Shown: piece after piece, positions 52,577 through 60,058 of the stretch | How the letters are laid out: each line of letters starts with the position of its first letter | How positions within the stretch are numbered: position 1 is the first letter of the stretch | Virus record (IMG/VR): IMGVR_UViG_3300039065_000016 | Length of the DNA stretch: 64,000 bases | Source: a virus | Reading direction: 5' to 3' (one strand) | The notes under the pieces: generated by a model | Told to the model about the DNA's origin: nothing | Databases searched by the model: none | Seen by the model: the letters and a program-made list of their open reading frames with translations, nothing else | Translations under genes and position numbers: made by a program

Positions 52577-52979
52577 TCGCGAAACGAAAGCCGCGAATGC
52601 GTTTAAGCAACGCTCGCTAGGCAGAATCCTGGTCGATTTCCTGGAGACGCGCCGGTCCGGCATGTCCGATTCGATATGCCTGAATCGTCACGGTGTCCAG
52701 TTTTGGGTCGAGTTCAAGGCTCTGGAAGCTTGGCCAAAGCGCACCTCTACCTGCCCAATGGCGCGCTGTTTCGAGCCTGGGCAAATCCCTTTCCTTCGGG
52801 AGCGGATCGGCTGGGGTGGTCGCGGCTTCGTTCTGGTGAAAATCGGAACCGATTGGCTGCTCCTGAATCCAATGCTCGATCTGTTCGATCTTAACAGCCG
52901 CGACCTGGTGGAAGTCGCGAGTCATGCAGAAGGACTGGACAACATCATTCAATTTCTCGCCGATCTGGAGAACAAATGA
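52563..52979 (+). CDS. VRR-NUC / PD-(D/E)xK nuclease
   Basis: GMSDSICL...FWVEFKA...PGQIPFL pattern (D...ExK...Q). Confidence 0.55.
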   Translation: MAMNDRETKAANAFKQRSLGRILVDFLETRRSGMSDSICLNRHGVQFWVEFKALEAWPKRTSTCPMARCFEPGQIPFLRERIGWGGRGFVLVKIGTDWLLLNPMLDLFDLNSRDLVEVASHAEGLDNIIQFLADLENK

Positions 52980-54535
52980 AAGCCAAAACCTTTCCAGTCA
53001 AGGGCATGAAGACCGAGGCGATGCAACACCAGTTCAATGCCCTGGAGGCTTCCCTTAACAAAAGGAATTTCGCATACCTGATGGAGCAAGGCACCGGGAA
53101 GACCTGGACTACTTTGGCAGACTCAGTTAGGCTCTTCCTGCAAGGAAGGGTTGACGCGCTGCTCATCGTCGCCCCCAAGGGCGTACACACGAACTGGATT
53201 CTGCGCGAGATTCCCACCCACGTTGCTATCAAGACTCTGTGCGTGGATTGGCGCGGCCGACCGACTTCCAAAAAGGCCAGGGCGCGTCTGGATCGTCTGT
53301 ATGCCGAGACATTCGCTGATGAAAAAGTTCTTCGGGTCTTTGCCATAAACGTCGATGCCATCAACCATCAGTCTGGCTATGACGAAGTGGAGCGATTCCT
53401 TAAGACGTTCAAAGTCTGCGCAATTGTGGATGAATCAACGAGGATCAAGAACCCACAGGCCAAACGAGCGAAAAAGATCGTAAAGCTGGGCGAGAAGGCC
53501 GTGGCGCGCCGCATACTCTCTGGTACGCCTCTGACGCGAGCGCCTACGGATTTGTTTATGCAGTTTCAATTCCTGCGTGATGGAATTCTGGGGACGAAAT
53601 CCTATCGCGCGTTCGTGGCTGAATTTTCCGTTCTGGTTCCAAGTGACGACCCGCGAATGGTCGCCATCATGCGCAAATTGGATGGGAAGAGCACTGTTCC
53701 ACCTCAGCTCGTCGAAAAAGACGATTTTGGGCGACCAGTATTCCGAAATCTTGACAAACTGCGGTCCCTGATCGAGCCGCACAGCTTCCGGGTCACGAAG
53801 AAAGAGGCATTGCCATTCCTGCCAGAAAAGGTTTACAAGCGCATATATTTCGAAATGTCGCCGGAGCAAAGGAAGATTTATCAGCGCGTTGAAGAGGACT
53901 ACCATTTCGTGCTCAAGAACGAAGATTTCATGCTGGATGTATCGTTCGATGCAGCAGCAGCGCGTTCGAAACTCAAGCAAGTGGCGTCCGGCTATATCAA
54001 CGTCTATGGGGAACCGGTGATCCTGCCGCCCGAAGACAACCCGCGATTCGCGGTATTCACCGACCTTCTGGAGGGTCTGTTGGAGGAAGACCCGGAACGG
54101 TCTATCATCATCTGGGCCATGCGGATTCACGAAATCGGCCAGATCGCTGCGTATCTTGAGGCCCAAGGAATTTCGTTTGGAGCCTATTATGGCGAGACCA
54201 AAGAGGCAGAACGAGAAAAACTGATCGATGATTTTCAGGCAAAGCGCGTCCAAGTCTTCCTGGGAAACCCGGCCGCTGCTGGGATCGGAATCACGCTCAC
54301 TGCCGCAGACGTGGCAATTTACTACACGACCGACGAAGACAACGAGTTGCGGATGCAGTCCGAAGACAGAAACCATCGCATCGGGACCATCAACTCTGTC
54401 CTGTACTTCGACCTCATCTGTCTGGACTCCATCGACGAGAAAATCCAGGTTAGCTTGGAGTGGAAGCGCAATCTTGCGAGTTATGTCGTCGATGGAGTGT
54501 TCGAGGCTGACGTTAGCACTCGCGACGAAATTTAA
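52976..54535 (+). CDS. SNF2-family helicase/translocase
   Basis: LMEQGTGKT (motif I), IVDESTRIKN (motif II) and a C-terminal helicase domain. ATGA overlap upstream. Confidence 0.75.
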   Translation: MKAKTFPVKGMKTEAMQHQFNALEASLNKRNFAYLMEQGTGKTWTTLADSVRLFLQGRVDALLIVAPKGVHTNWILREIPTHVAIKTLCVDWRGRPTSKKARARLDRLYAETFADEKVLRVFAINVDAINHQSGYDEVERFLKTFKVCAIVDESTRIKNPQAKRAKKIVKLGEKAVARRILSGTPLTRAPTDLFMQFQFLRDGILGTKSYRAFVAEFSVLVPSDDPRMVAIMRKLDGKSTVPPQLVEKDDFGRPVFRNLDKLRSLIEPHSFRVTKKEALPFLPEKVYKRIYFEMSPEQRKIYQRVEEDYHFVLKNEDFMLDVSFDAAAARSKLKQVASGYINVYGEPVILPPEDNPRFAVFTDLLEGLLEEDPERSIIIWAMRIHEIGQIAAYLEAQGISFGAYYGETKEAEREKLIDDFQAKRVQVFLGNPAAAGIGITLTAADVAIYYTTDEDNELRMQSEDRNHRIGTINSVLYFDLICLDSIDEKIQVSLEWKRNLASYVVDGVFEADVSTRDEI

Positions 54536-54547
54536 TATGTAAATCAG

Positions 54548-54576
54548 TAGCCGTATCAAGGAAGATGCGGCATAAT
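54548..54576 (+). promoter_or_regulatory. possible promoter
   Basis: Weak -35 TAGCCG, N17, CATAAT (54571-54576), upstream of 54630. Confidence 0.3.
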
Positions 54577-54629
54577 ATCTACTCAATACTTAGTTCAAGT
54601 AAGGGAACATCACTAAGTTGGAGGCTGAC

Positions 54630-55250
54630 ATGAGCGAGCAAGAATTGGAAGTTCCGGAGTATCTGAAGGACAATGCGCCGGGCGAAATTGACTATTTCGG
54701 CGTCATGGATGAAATGGCAGTCGAAGCTACCGACATCGGCCATCGACTGCTGAACTTGGTGGACAAGGCTTCGCAGCTGGACGGCGAAATCCTCGAATTG
54801 CAAAAGGCGCTGGCCGAAAAAGAAGAAGAGCTGAAGACCCTCAAGCGCAATACCATTCCTGAACTTCTGGAGGAACTCGGCCAGAAGACCACGACTCTGG
54901 CTGATGGCCGCACGGTAAAAGTCGAGCCGAAAGCCATCATTTCCGTCAAGGAAGAGAACAAGTCGAAGTTCTGGAAGTGGCTGGAAGACACAGACAACGA
55001 CGGCATCATCAAGACCAAAGTTCTGGCAGAATTCGGTCGCGGAGAAATGGAAGATGCGAAGAAGGCGGCCGAAGCGATCATCGAAGCCGGCTATGACGCC
55101 ACCATCAACCGCGATGTTCACTACCAGACCCTCCAGGCGTTCGGTCGCGAGTACCTGGAGAAGGGCGAAGAGTTGCCAGATTTCATCGGCGTCCACGAAT
55201 ATAAAGAGGCCAAGATCACGAAGCCGAAGGTGAAAAAGAGCAAATCTTAA
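54630..55250 (+). CDS. hypothetical coiled-coil protein (Gp157-like?)
   Basis: ATG at 54630 after a GGAGG ribosome-binding site. 206 aa. The family call is weak recall only. Confidence 0.4.
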   Translation: MSEQELEVPEYLKDNAPGEIDYFGVMDEMAVEATDIGHRLLNLVDKASQLDGEILELQKALAEKEEELKTLKRNTIPELLEELGQKTTTLADGRTVKVEPKAIISVKEENKSKFWKWLEDTDNDGIIKTKVLAEFGRGEMEDAKKAAEAIIEAGYDATINRDVHYQTLQAFGREYLEKGEELPDFIGVHEYKEAKITKPKVKKSKS

Positions 55251-55262
55251 CATGTAATTTGC

Positions 55263-55291
55263 TTTACTTCGCTGCAACTTCCGTTATTATA
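55263..55291 (+). promoter_or_regulatory. promoter of the SSB-like gene
   Basis: TTGCTTTACT (-35 at 55263-55268), N16-17, TATTAT/ATTATA. Confidence 0.5.
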
Positions 55292-55338
55292 AACCCACAG
55301 TTAGCGATAACTGAAATTCGACAAACAAGGAGCCTAAC

Positions 55339-56235
55339 ATGGCTGGCAAGAAAACCGAGACTTCCGAAGCAACCGAAGAAACCAAGGCCGTTGCAGTGGC
55401 CAACGGCGGCGCCGTCGCGACTACTGACGTTCCCGACTTCATGGACCTGGGCGCGTATGACGGCGCTGGTTTCGAAGGGGCTGACGCAGATTCCTATGCC
55501 ATTCCCTTCATCCAAGTGCTGCAAAAGATGTCGCCGCAGGTCGATGAAGACGACCCGAAATACATCGAGGGCGCGAAGGCCGGCATGTTCCTGAATACCG
55601 TCACCGGCAAGATTTACGACGGCAAAACCGGTCTGCTGATCATCCCGGCCGCGTATCGTCGCGAGTTCATTCGCTGGGCCGGCCGCGATGCCGAAGGCGG
55701 TTTCAAAGGGTCCATCAGCGTCGAAGACTTCAAGGAAATGATGAAAGACCCGACCAAGGTGAAGGAAGTAGAAGGGCGACTGTACGCGCCGAACGAAGAC
55801 GGTTCGGTAAGCGACAAGAAATCTGATTACTTCGCCGACACCCGTGGCCATTACGTCATCGTCATCGATCCGGAAACCGGCGATTTCGGCCAGGCCCTGA
55901 TCTCCCTGTCGTCTTCGCAGATCAAGGCCTCGAAGAAGCTCATGACCGCGCTGTCCCAGAAGAAAGTCCAGACTCCGCAGGGCCTGCGCACCCCGCCGAC
56001 TTTCGCCAACCTGGTCCGCATGACCACCGTCGGTCTGTCGAACGACAAGGGCAGCTGGTCCGGCGTCCAGTTCGAACTGGAAGGCCTGGTGAAAAACCCG
56101 GATCACTTCAAGGCTGCGGCCGATCTGTACAAGTCGTTCGTCGGCGGCGAAGTGAAGGTGGACTACAGCAAGCAGGAACAGCCTCGCGGCGACACCGGCG
56201 GCGTTGGCGGCGCTACCGAAGCCGAAGAGTTCTAA
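55339..56235 (+). CDS. putative ssDNA-binding/annealing protein
   Basis: 298 aa after promoter 55263-55291. Ends in the acidic tail GGATEAEEF with a terminal aromatic residue, as in T7 gp2.5 and bacterial SSB tails. Confidence 0.4.
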   Translation: MAGKKTETSEATEETKAVAVANGGAVATTDVPDFMDLGAYDGAGFEGADADSYAIPFIQVLQKMSPQVDEDDPKYIEGAKAGMFLNTVTGKIYDGKTGLLIIPAAYRREFIRWAGRDAEGGFKGSISVEDFKEMMKDPTKVKEVEGRLYAPNEDGSVSDKKSDYFADTRGHYVIVIDPETGDFGQALISLSSSQIKASKKLMTALSQKKVQTPQGLRTPPTFANLVRMTTVGLSNDKGSWSGVQFELEGLVKNPDHFKAAADLYKSFVGGEVKVDYSKQEQPRGDTGGVGGATEAEEF

Positions 56236-56248
56236 CGTCAACGGCCAG

Positions 56249-56278
56249 AGAAAGGCGCTGTAATGGCGCCTTTCTTTT
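56249..56278 (+). terminator. intrinsic terminator after the SSB-like gene
   Basis: GAAAGGCGC, TGTAATG loop, GCGCCTTTC, TTTT. Confidence 0.7.
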
Positions 56279-56290
56279 GAGGAATCGAAA

Positions 56291-56896
56291 ATGGACTGGA
56301 AGGACATAGGTAGTAAGATCGGCGCTGCTGCCCCGGCCCTGGGGTCGCTCCTGGGTGGGCCTGCAGGCGCCGCCGTTGGCGCTATCGTCGCGACGGCTCT
56401 AGGGTCGAAGGCCGACCCAGCATCGGTCGCGAGCGCTCTAGACGCGAATCCGGAGGCTCTAGCGCGCCTCGCAGAACTCCAGAGCGCCGAGCGTGTTCGT
56501 CTCCAGGAACTGGCCATCCAGGCCGAACAAAACCGTCTTCAGTCTGAGCAGAACCAGCTCCAGGCCGAACTCAGCCAGTTCGCCGCCGAGGCGGCAGACA
56601 GAGATTCGGCGAGAAGGCTTGCCGCGCAACAAAATGACTTCGTTCGCCCGGCGATAACCTTCGCTCTTCTGACCGGTTCCATTCTCATCATCATCGCAAT
56701 TTTCACATTCGGCCGCGAGGCGCTGATGGACCCGACTTCCTCTGTCGCCATCGGCACTATCATCGGCTATTGGTTTGCCGAACTGAAGTCTGTTATGGCC
56801 TTTTACTTCGGCACCACTAAGGACGGATCGCGCCAGAGCACGGCGTCCATCATCAACGCAGTCAAATCCCAAATACAGAAGGAATCGAAAGAATGA
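56291..56896 (+). CDS. holin-like membrane protein (3-TM type?)
   Basis: 201 aa with a Gly/Ala-rich N-terminus, a coiled region and then hydrophobic helices (FVRPAITFALLTGSILIIIAIF..., IGTIIGYWFAELKSVMAFYF). Confidence 0.4.
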   Translation: MDWKDIGSKIGAAAPALGSLLGGPAGAAVGAIVATALGSKADPASVASALDANPEALARLAELQSAERVRLQELAIQAEQNRLQSEQNQLQAELSQFAAEAADRDSARRLAAQQNDFVRPAITFALLTGSILIIIAIFTFGREALMDPTSSVAIGTIIGYWFAELKSVMAFYFGTTKDGSRQSTASIINAVKSQIQKESKE

Positions 56897-57447
56897 TCAT
56901 CGAACGAATCATGAATAGCGAACTCCATGACCTGGTGGTAAAATGGGGTGCCGACCGTAACCTGATCAAAGGCTCTTCGGCCAAAGATCAGTTTCTCAAG
57001 CTGGTAGAAGAATTCGCAGAAGTTTGCGAAGCCTACATCCAGAATGACACCGCCGAAGTGAAAGACGGCATCGGCGATGTCATGGTCGTGGCCACCATCA
57101 TGGCCGCGCAGCTCGGCGAAAATCTGTTCGACCATATGTCAGCCTTCGTCTTGGCGGTCGAGCGCCGCCCGTCCTACGGCGAAGATCTGAAATTACTCGG
57201 CGACCTGGCCGGCTCGCTGGCTCGCGGAAATCAGTGGCTTGCCATCAAGAGCTTGGTCATGGCAGTCGCATCCCTGTTCGACGCGGCAGAAGAGCACGAC
57301 ACCAGCATGCTCGAATGCTACCAGGCGGCCTACGACACCATCAAGGATCGCAAGGGCGTAATGTACAACGGCGTGTTCATCAAGGAGTCGGATGAGCGCT
57401 ATGCATCGATCATGGCCGAGCTGAATCACGCCAACGAAACCATCTGA
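56893..57447 (+). CDS. MazG-like nucleoside triphosphate pyrophosphohydrolase
   Basis: LKLVEEFAEVCEAY...DGIGDVMVV (EExxE...D motif). ATGA overlap upstream. Confidence 0.6.
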   Translation: MIIERIMNSELHDLVVKWGADRNLIKGSSAKDQFLKLVEEFAEVCEAYIQNDTAEVKDGIGDVMVVATIMAAQLGENLFDHMSAFVLAVERRPSYGEDLKLLGDLAGSLARGNQWLAIKSLVMAVASLFDAAEEHDTSMLECYQAAYDTIKDRKGVMYNGVFIKESDERYASIMAELNHANETI

Positions 57448-57500
57448 TCCGGCTTACCGCCATTCAGCCCGGTTCGCCGGGCTTCTTTCTGGAGTACTGT

Positions 57501-58412
57501 ATGAAACCCATGCTCGCATCGAACTATGACCCGGAACTTCTGGACGGCCAGTTGCCGATGTACTTTTCTCCGAAGATCGATGGTTTTCGCTGTTTCATAT
57601 TTGAAGGCGAAGCCTTGACGCGAAGCCTAAAGCCGCAGACCAACCAGTCCATCCGTGAATATCTCAGCGATGCAATGTTCGATGGCCTGGATGGCGAACT
57701 GGTCTGCGGCGACATCAGAGACCCGAAAGTATTCCAGAAGTCGTCCGGCGACCTTCGCCGTCGCGACGGTGAACCGGATTGGTCTTTCCACGTGTTTGAC
57801 GATTTCACCGATCCGCGCGCGCCGACCGAAGAGCGACTGGCCAGAGCTGCCGAGCGCGTCAGCTTTCTGAAGAACTGCATCGGCTATGAGAGGATTCACC
57901 TAGTCGAGCAGGAACTGGTCACCTCCATCGAACAGTTCAGCGAAGTCGAACGTCGCCACACAGGACTTGGATTCGAAGGCTCCATGGGCAAGCGCGCTGA
58001 TGGCGCATACAAGTTCGGGCGCTCTACTGCCAAGGAAGGTTACTGTGTCAAGGTTAAGCGCTATGACTATGATGAAGCAGAGATTGTTGACGTCGAAGAG
58101 CTGATGCACAACAACAACGAAGCATTCACGGATGAGCTAGGTCGCACGGCCCGCTCCAGCCATGCGGAAAATCTGGCCCCATCAGGCATGGTTGGAGCAT
58201 TCGTCTGCCGCAACGAGGTTTTGTGGCCTGGAGTTACCTTCAATGTGTCGGCGTCCAGCCTGACCCACGACGAGAAAAAACGGCTCTGGAATGACAGGGA
58301 ACATCTCAAGCGCCAGGTCATCCGATTTAAGCACTTCTCCCATGGCGCCAAGGATAAGCCACGACACGCTGTCTTCGACTGCTGGCTGGACGGATGGGGT
58401 GCCAGCCACTGA
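57501..58412 (+). CDS. ATP-dependent DNA ligase
   Basis: Adenylation motif I SPKIDGFRC plus downstream nucleotidyltransferase-like motifs. 303 aa. Confidence 0.75.
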   Translation: MKPMLASNYDPELLDGQLPMYFSPKIDGFRCFIFEGEALTRSLKPQTNQSIREYLSDAMFDGLDGELVCGDIRDPKVFQKSSGDLRRRDGEPDWSFHVFDDFTDPRAPTEERLARAAERVSFLKNCIGYERIHLVEQELVTSIEQFSEVERRHTGLGFEGSMGKRADGAYKFGRSTAKEGYCVKVKRYDYDEAEIVDVEELMHNNNEAFTDELGRTARSSHAENLAPSGMVGAFVCRNEVLWPGVTFNVSASSLTHDEKKRLWNDREHLKRQVIRFKHFSHGAKDKPRHAVFDCWLDGWGASH

Positions 58413-58434
58413 TTCTAGCGTACACTAGAGCGAA

Positions 58435-58482
58435 GAAAACCCGGACTCCTTACCCTAAAGGCGATCCGGGTTTTCTCGTTTT
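58435..58482 (+). terminator. intrinsic terminator after the ligase gene
   Basis: GAAAACCCGGA, 19-nt loop, TCCGGGTTTTC, TCGTTTT. Confidence 0.55.
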
Positions 58483-58691
58483 AATGTCGACAAATTAAGC
58501 CTTAGACCGGACTCGGCCGCCAGAGTTCCTTGGCCAGAAAGAAGGCGATTTAATATCGCGGTGCGTATCGTTAAACAGTTAAGCGCGAGCATTTTCGTCG
58601 AGTTATAATAGCGCCCGACCCTTCCGATTAACACAGCGCATCCCCAAGCCATTATCGGGGTGAGGAGAAGACCGCAAACAGAGGACTAAAC

Positions 58692-58943
58692 ATGAAACGC
58701 AAAGAGCATCGCAAGCGCTTTCGGCCAAGAATAAGCCCAAGGCTCCGGGAAGAGTTGATATCCGTTCTGACAAAGATCATAGGCGAGACAGTTAAGGATA
58801 AAGTGGTAAGAGCGCTGTTAATCGGCGTTTTGAGTTCGCTAGGGAACTATGTGGACTCAGTTACCCAGGAAGAGTCCGTCGCGCCTACTGAAGTCAGAAA
58901 GATTGAAGAGGCAAAGCCGGAAAGCAAAAAGGCCGCTGAATAA
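58692..58943 (+). CDS. hypothetical basic small protein
   Basis: 83 aa, AGAGGA ribosome-binding site. Bracketed by terminators 58435-58482 and 58926-58958. A perfect TATAAT lies at 58604-58609. Confidence 0.45.
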   Translation: MKRKEHRKRFRPRISPRLREELISVLTKIIGETVKDKVVRALLIGVLSSLGNYVDSVTQEESVAPTEVRKIEEAKPESKKAAE

Positions 58944-58958
58944 GCGGCCTTTCTTTTC
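58926..58958. terminator. bidirectional intrinsic terminator (83-aa ORF / endolysin)
   Basis: AAGGCCGC, TGAATAA loop, GCGGCCTT, with T-runs on both strands. Confidence 0.65.
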
Positions 58959-58966
58959 GGAGAAGA

Positions 58967-59629
58967 TCAGGAGCCTTGATTGATCGCGGCGACGGTCTTC
59001 ACATATCGGTTTATCCGGAGCTGACCGTGGTTCGCATCGTTCGGCGCAGCGCCGTTGATGGTCTTCACGACCATAGAGAAGTTGTTGGATTCCGCCATGG
59101 GTATGCAGCGATTGCGCCAGAAGAACCATGCCGAAGACATCGACGCGCCGGCAGGAGTTTCCAGCAGCTCCGGCTTCTCCAGAACGTCCATGCCGGAGTC
59201 TTCGGCAAACAGGGCATAGTTCGATTTCCCGGTCAGCTGAATCAGTCCGCGACCGCGATACTTCCAGCCGTCCCCGTCCTGCTCGCATCCATTACCCATG
59301 CGGTCAGCGTACACGTTGTTGGCGATGGCGACCGGATTGCGAGCCAGGCGGTTCGCCAGAGCGTTCGGTACATACGGACGGACACGCGGGTCCACGGCAT
59401 ATCGGCGCGGCCAAGTGTTGGCCAGTCCTTGAGCGCTGTAGTTGAGATTCTCCACCAGACTCACCAGTCCACCGGATTCGACACCGATGTTGGCGAGGTA
59501 AGCCGCGATGGCTCGCGGCGACTCGATCTGGAATTTATCCATGGCCGCCTGGATGTCATCCAGCCACTTGATCGCCCGATCCGTGGTACACCCGGTTCCG
59601 GTGATCAAAATATCCTTCGTTATTTTCAT
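58967..59629 (-). CDS. endolysin, glycoside hydrolase family 19
   Basis: ANIGVESGG and YRGRGLIQLTGKSNY motifs typical of GH19 chitinase-like lysins. No N-terminal signal sequence seen. Confidence 0.7.
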   Translation of the reverse strand: MKITKDILITGTGCTTDRAIKWLDDIQAAMDKFQIESPRAIAAYLANIGVESGGLVSLVENLNYSAQGLANTWPRRYAVDPRVRPYVPNALANRLARNPVAIANNVYADRMGNGCEQDGDGWKYRGRGLIQLTGKSNYALFAEDSGMDVLEKPELLETPAGASMSSAWFFWRNRCIPMAESNNFSMVVKTINGAAPNDANHGQLRINRYVKTVAAINQGS

Positions 59630-60057
59630 CAGTACTCCTGATTTTTGAACATTGTTTTCAGAGCCATGGGAAGTCGCGGCCGATCCCCGCTATTCCAGTC
59701 GCGAATCTGCTGCCTCCAGTGAACGAGGGCTGCGATCAGCCCAGGGCCGTCCGTGGTTTCGATACCCAGCCGTCTCTGCTCGTCGTGACGATCTATGGGC
59801 CAGCGGGTATCCCGAAGGATAGCCCGCTTTTCCCTGGCTCGTATAGCGTCCTGCAAGGCCTTCTCCCGCTTCGAATCGACCGGGGCGATAGGCCCGTGCT
59901 CCCCAGATAGAATCGCAGCGTATATGGCCCTTCCGTGGGCCTCCACGTCTTGCGGATTGGCGGTGAACGGCACTTCACCGATTCCCTCGAAAGTCACCAT
60001 GGCGTGGATGTTTACTGCGTCCAGCCAACGTGGGTTTCTGATCCGCGTCCATCTCAT
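59629..60057 (-). CDS. tail fibre assembly chaperone
   Basis: 142-aa ORF immediately downstream of the fibre gene. Tfa-like helical C-terminus. Assigned by position. Confidence 0.5.
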   Translation of the reverse strand: MRWTRIRNPRWLDAVNIHAMVTFEGIGEVPFTANPQDVEAHGRAIYAAILSGEHGPIAPVDSKREKALQDAIRAREKRAILRDTRWPIDRHDEQRRLGIETTDGPGLIAALVHWRQQIRDWNSGDRPRLPMALKTMFKNQEY

Positions 60058-60058
60058 T

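Noticed and set aside
53435-54586. 383-aa minus-strand ORF opposite the SNF2 helicase gene
   Set aside because: It is antisense to a gene with canonical helicase motifs.
55264-56517. 417-aa minus-strand ORF opposite the SSB-like and holin-like genes
   Set aside because: It crosses an intrinsic terminator and an intergenic gap, and it is antisense to promoter-driven genes with good ribosome-binding sites.
58480-58691. Possible partial third copy of module block 1 (GACAAATTAAGCCTTAGACCGGACTCGGCCGCC vs TGTGACCTAATTACCGGACTTCCTCAGCCGCG), or a small RNA between the ligase terminator and the 83-aa ORF
   Set aside because: Only one short block matches, with gaps. None of the other seven blocks, the inverted repeats or the AT-rich core is present. 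The evidence is insufficient without an alignment statistic or RNA data.
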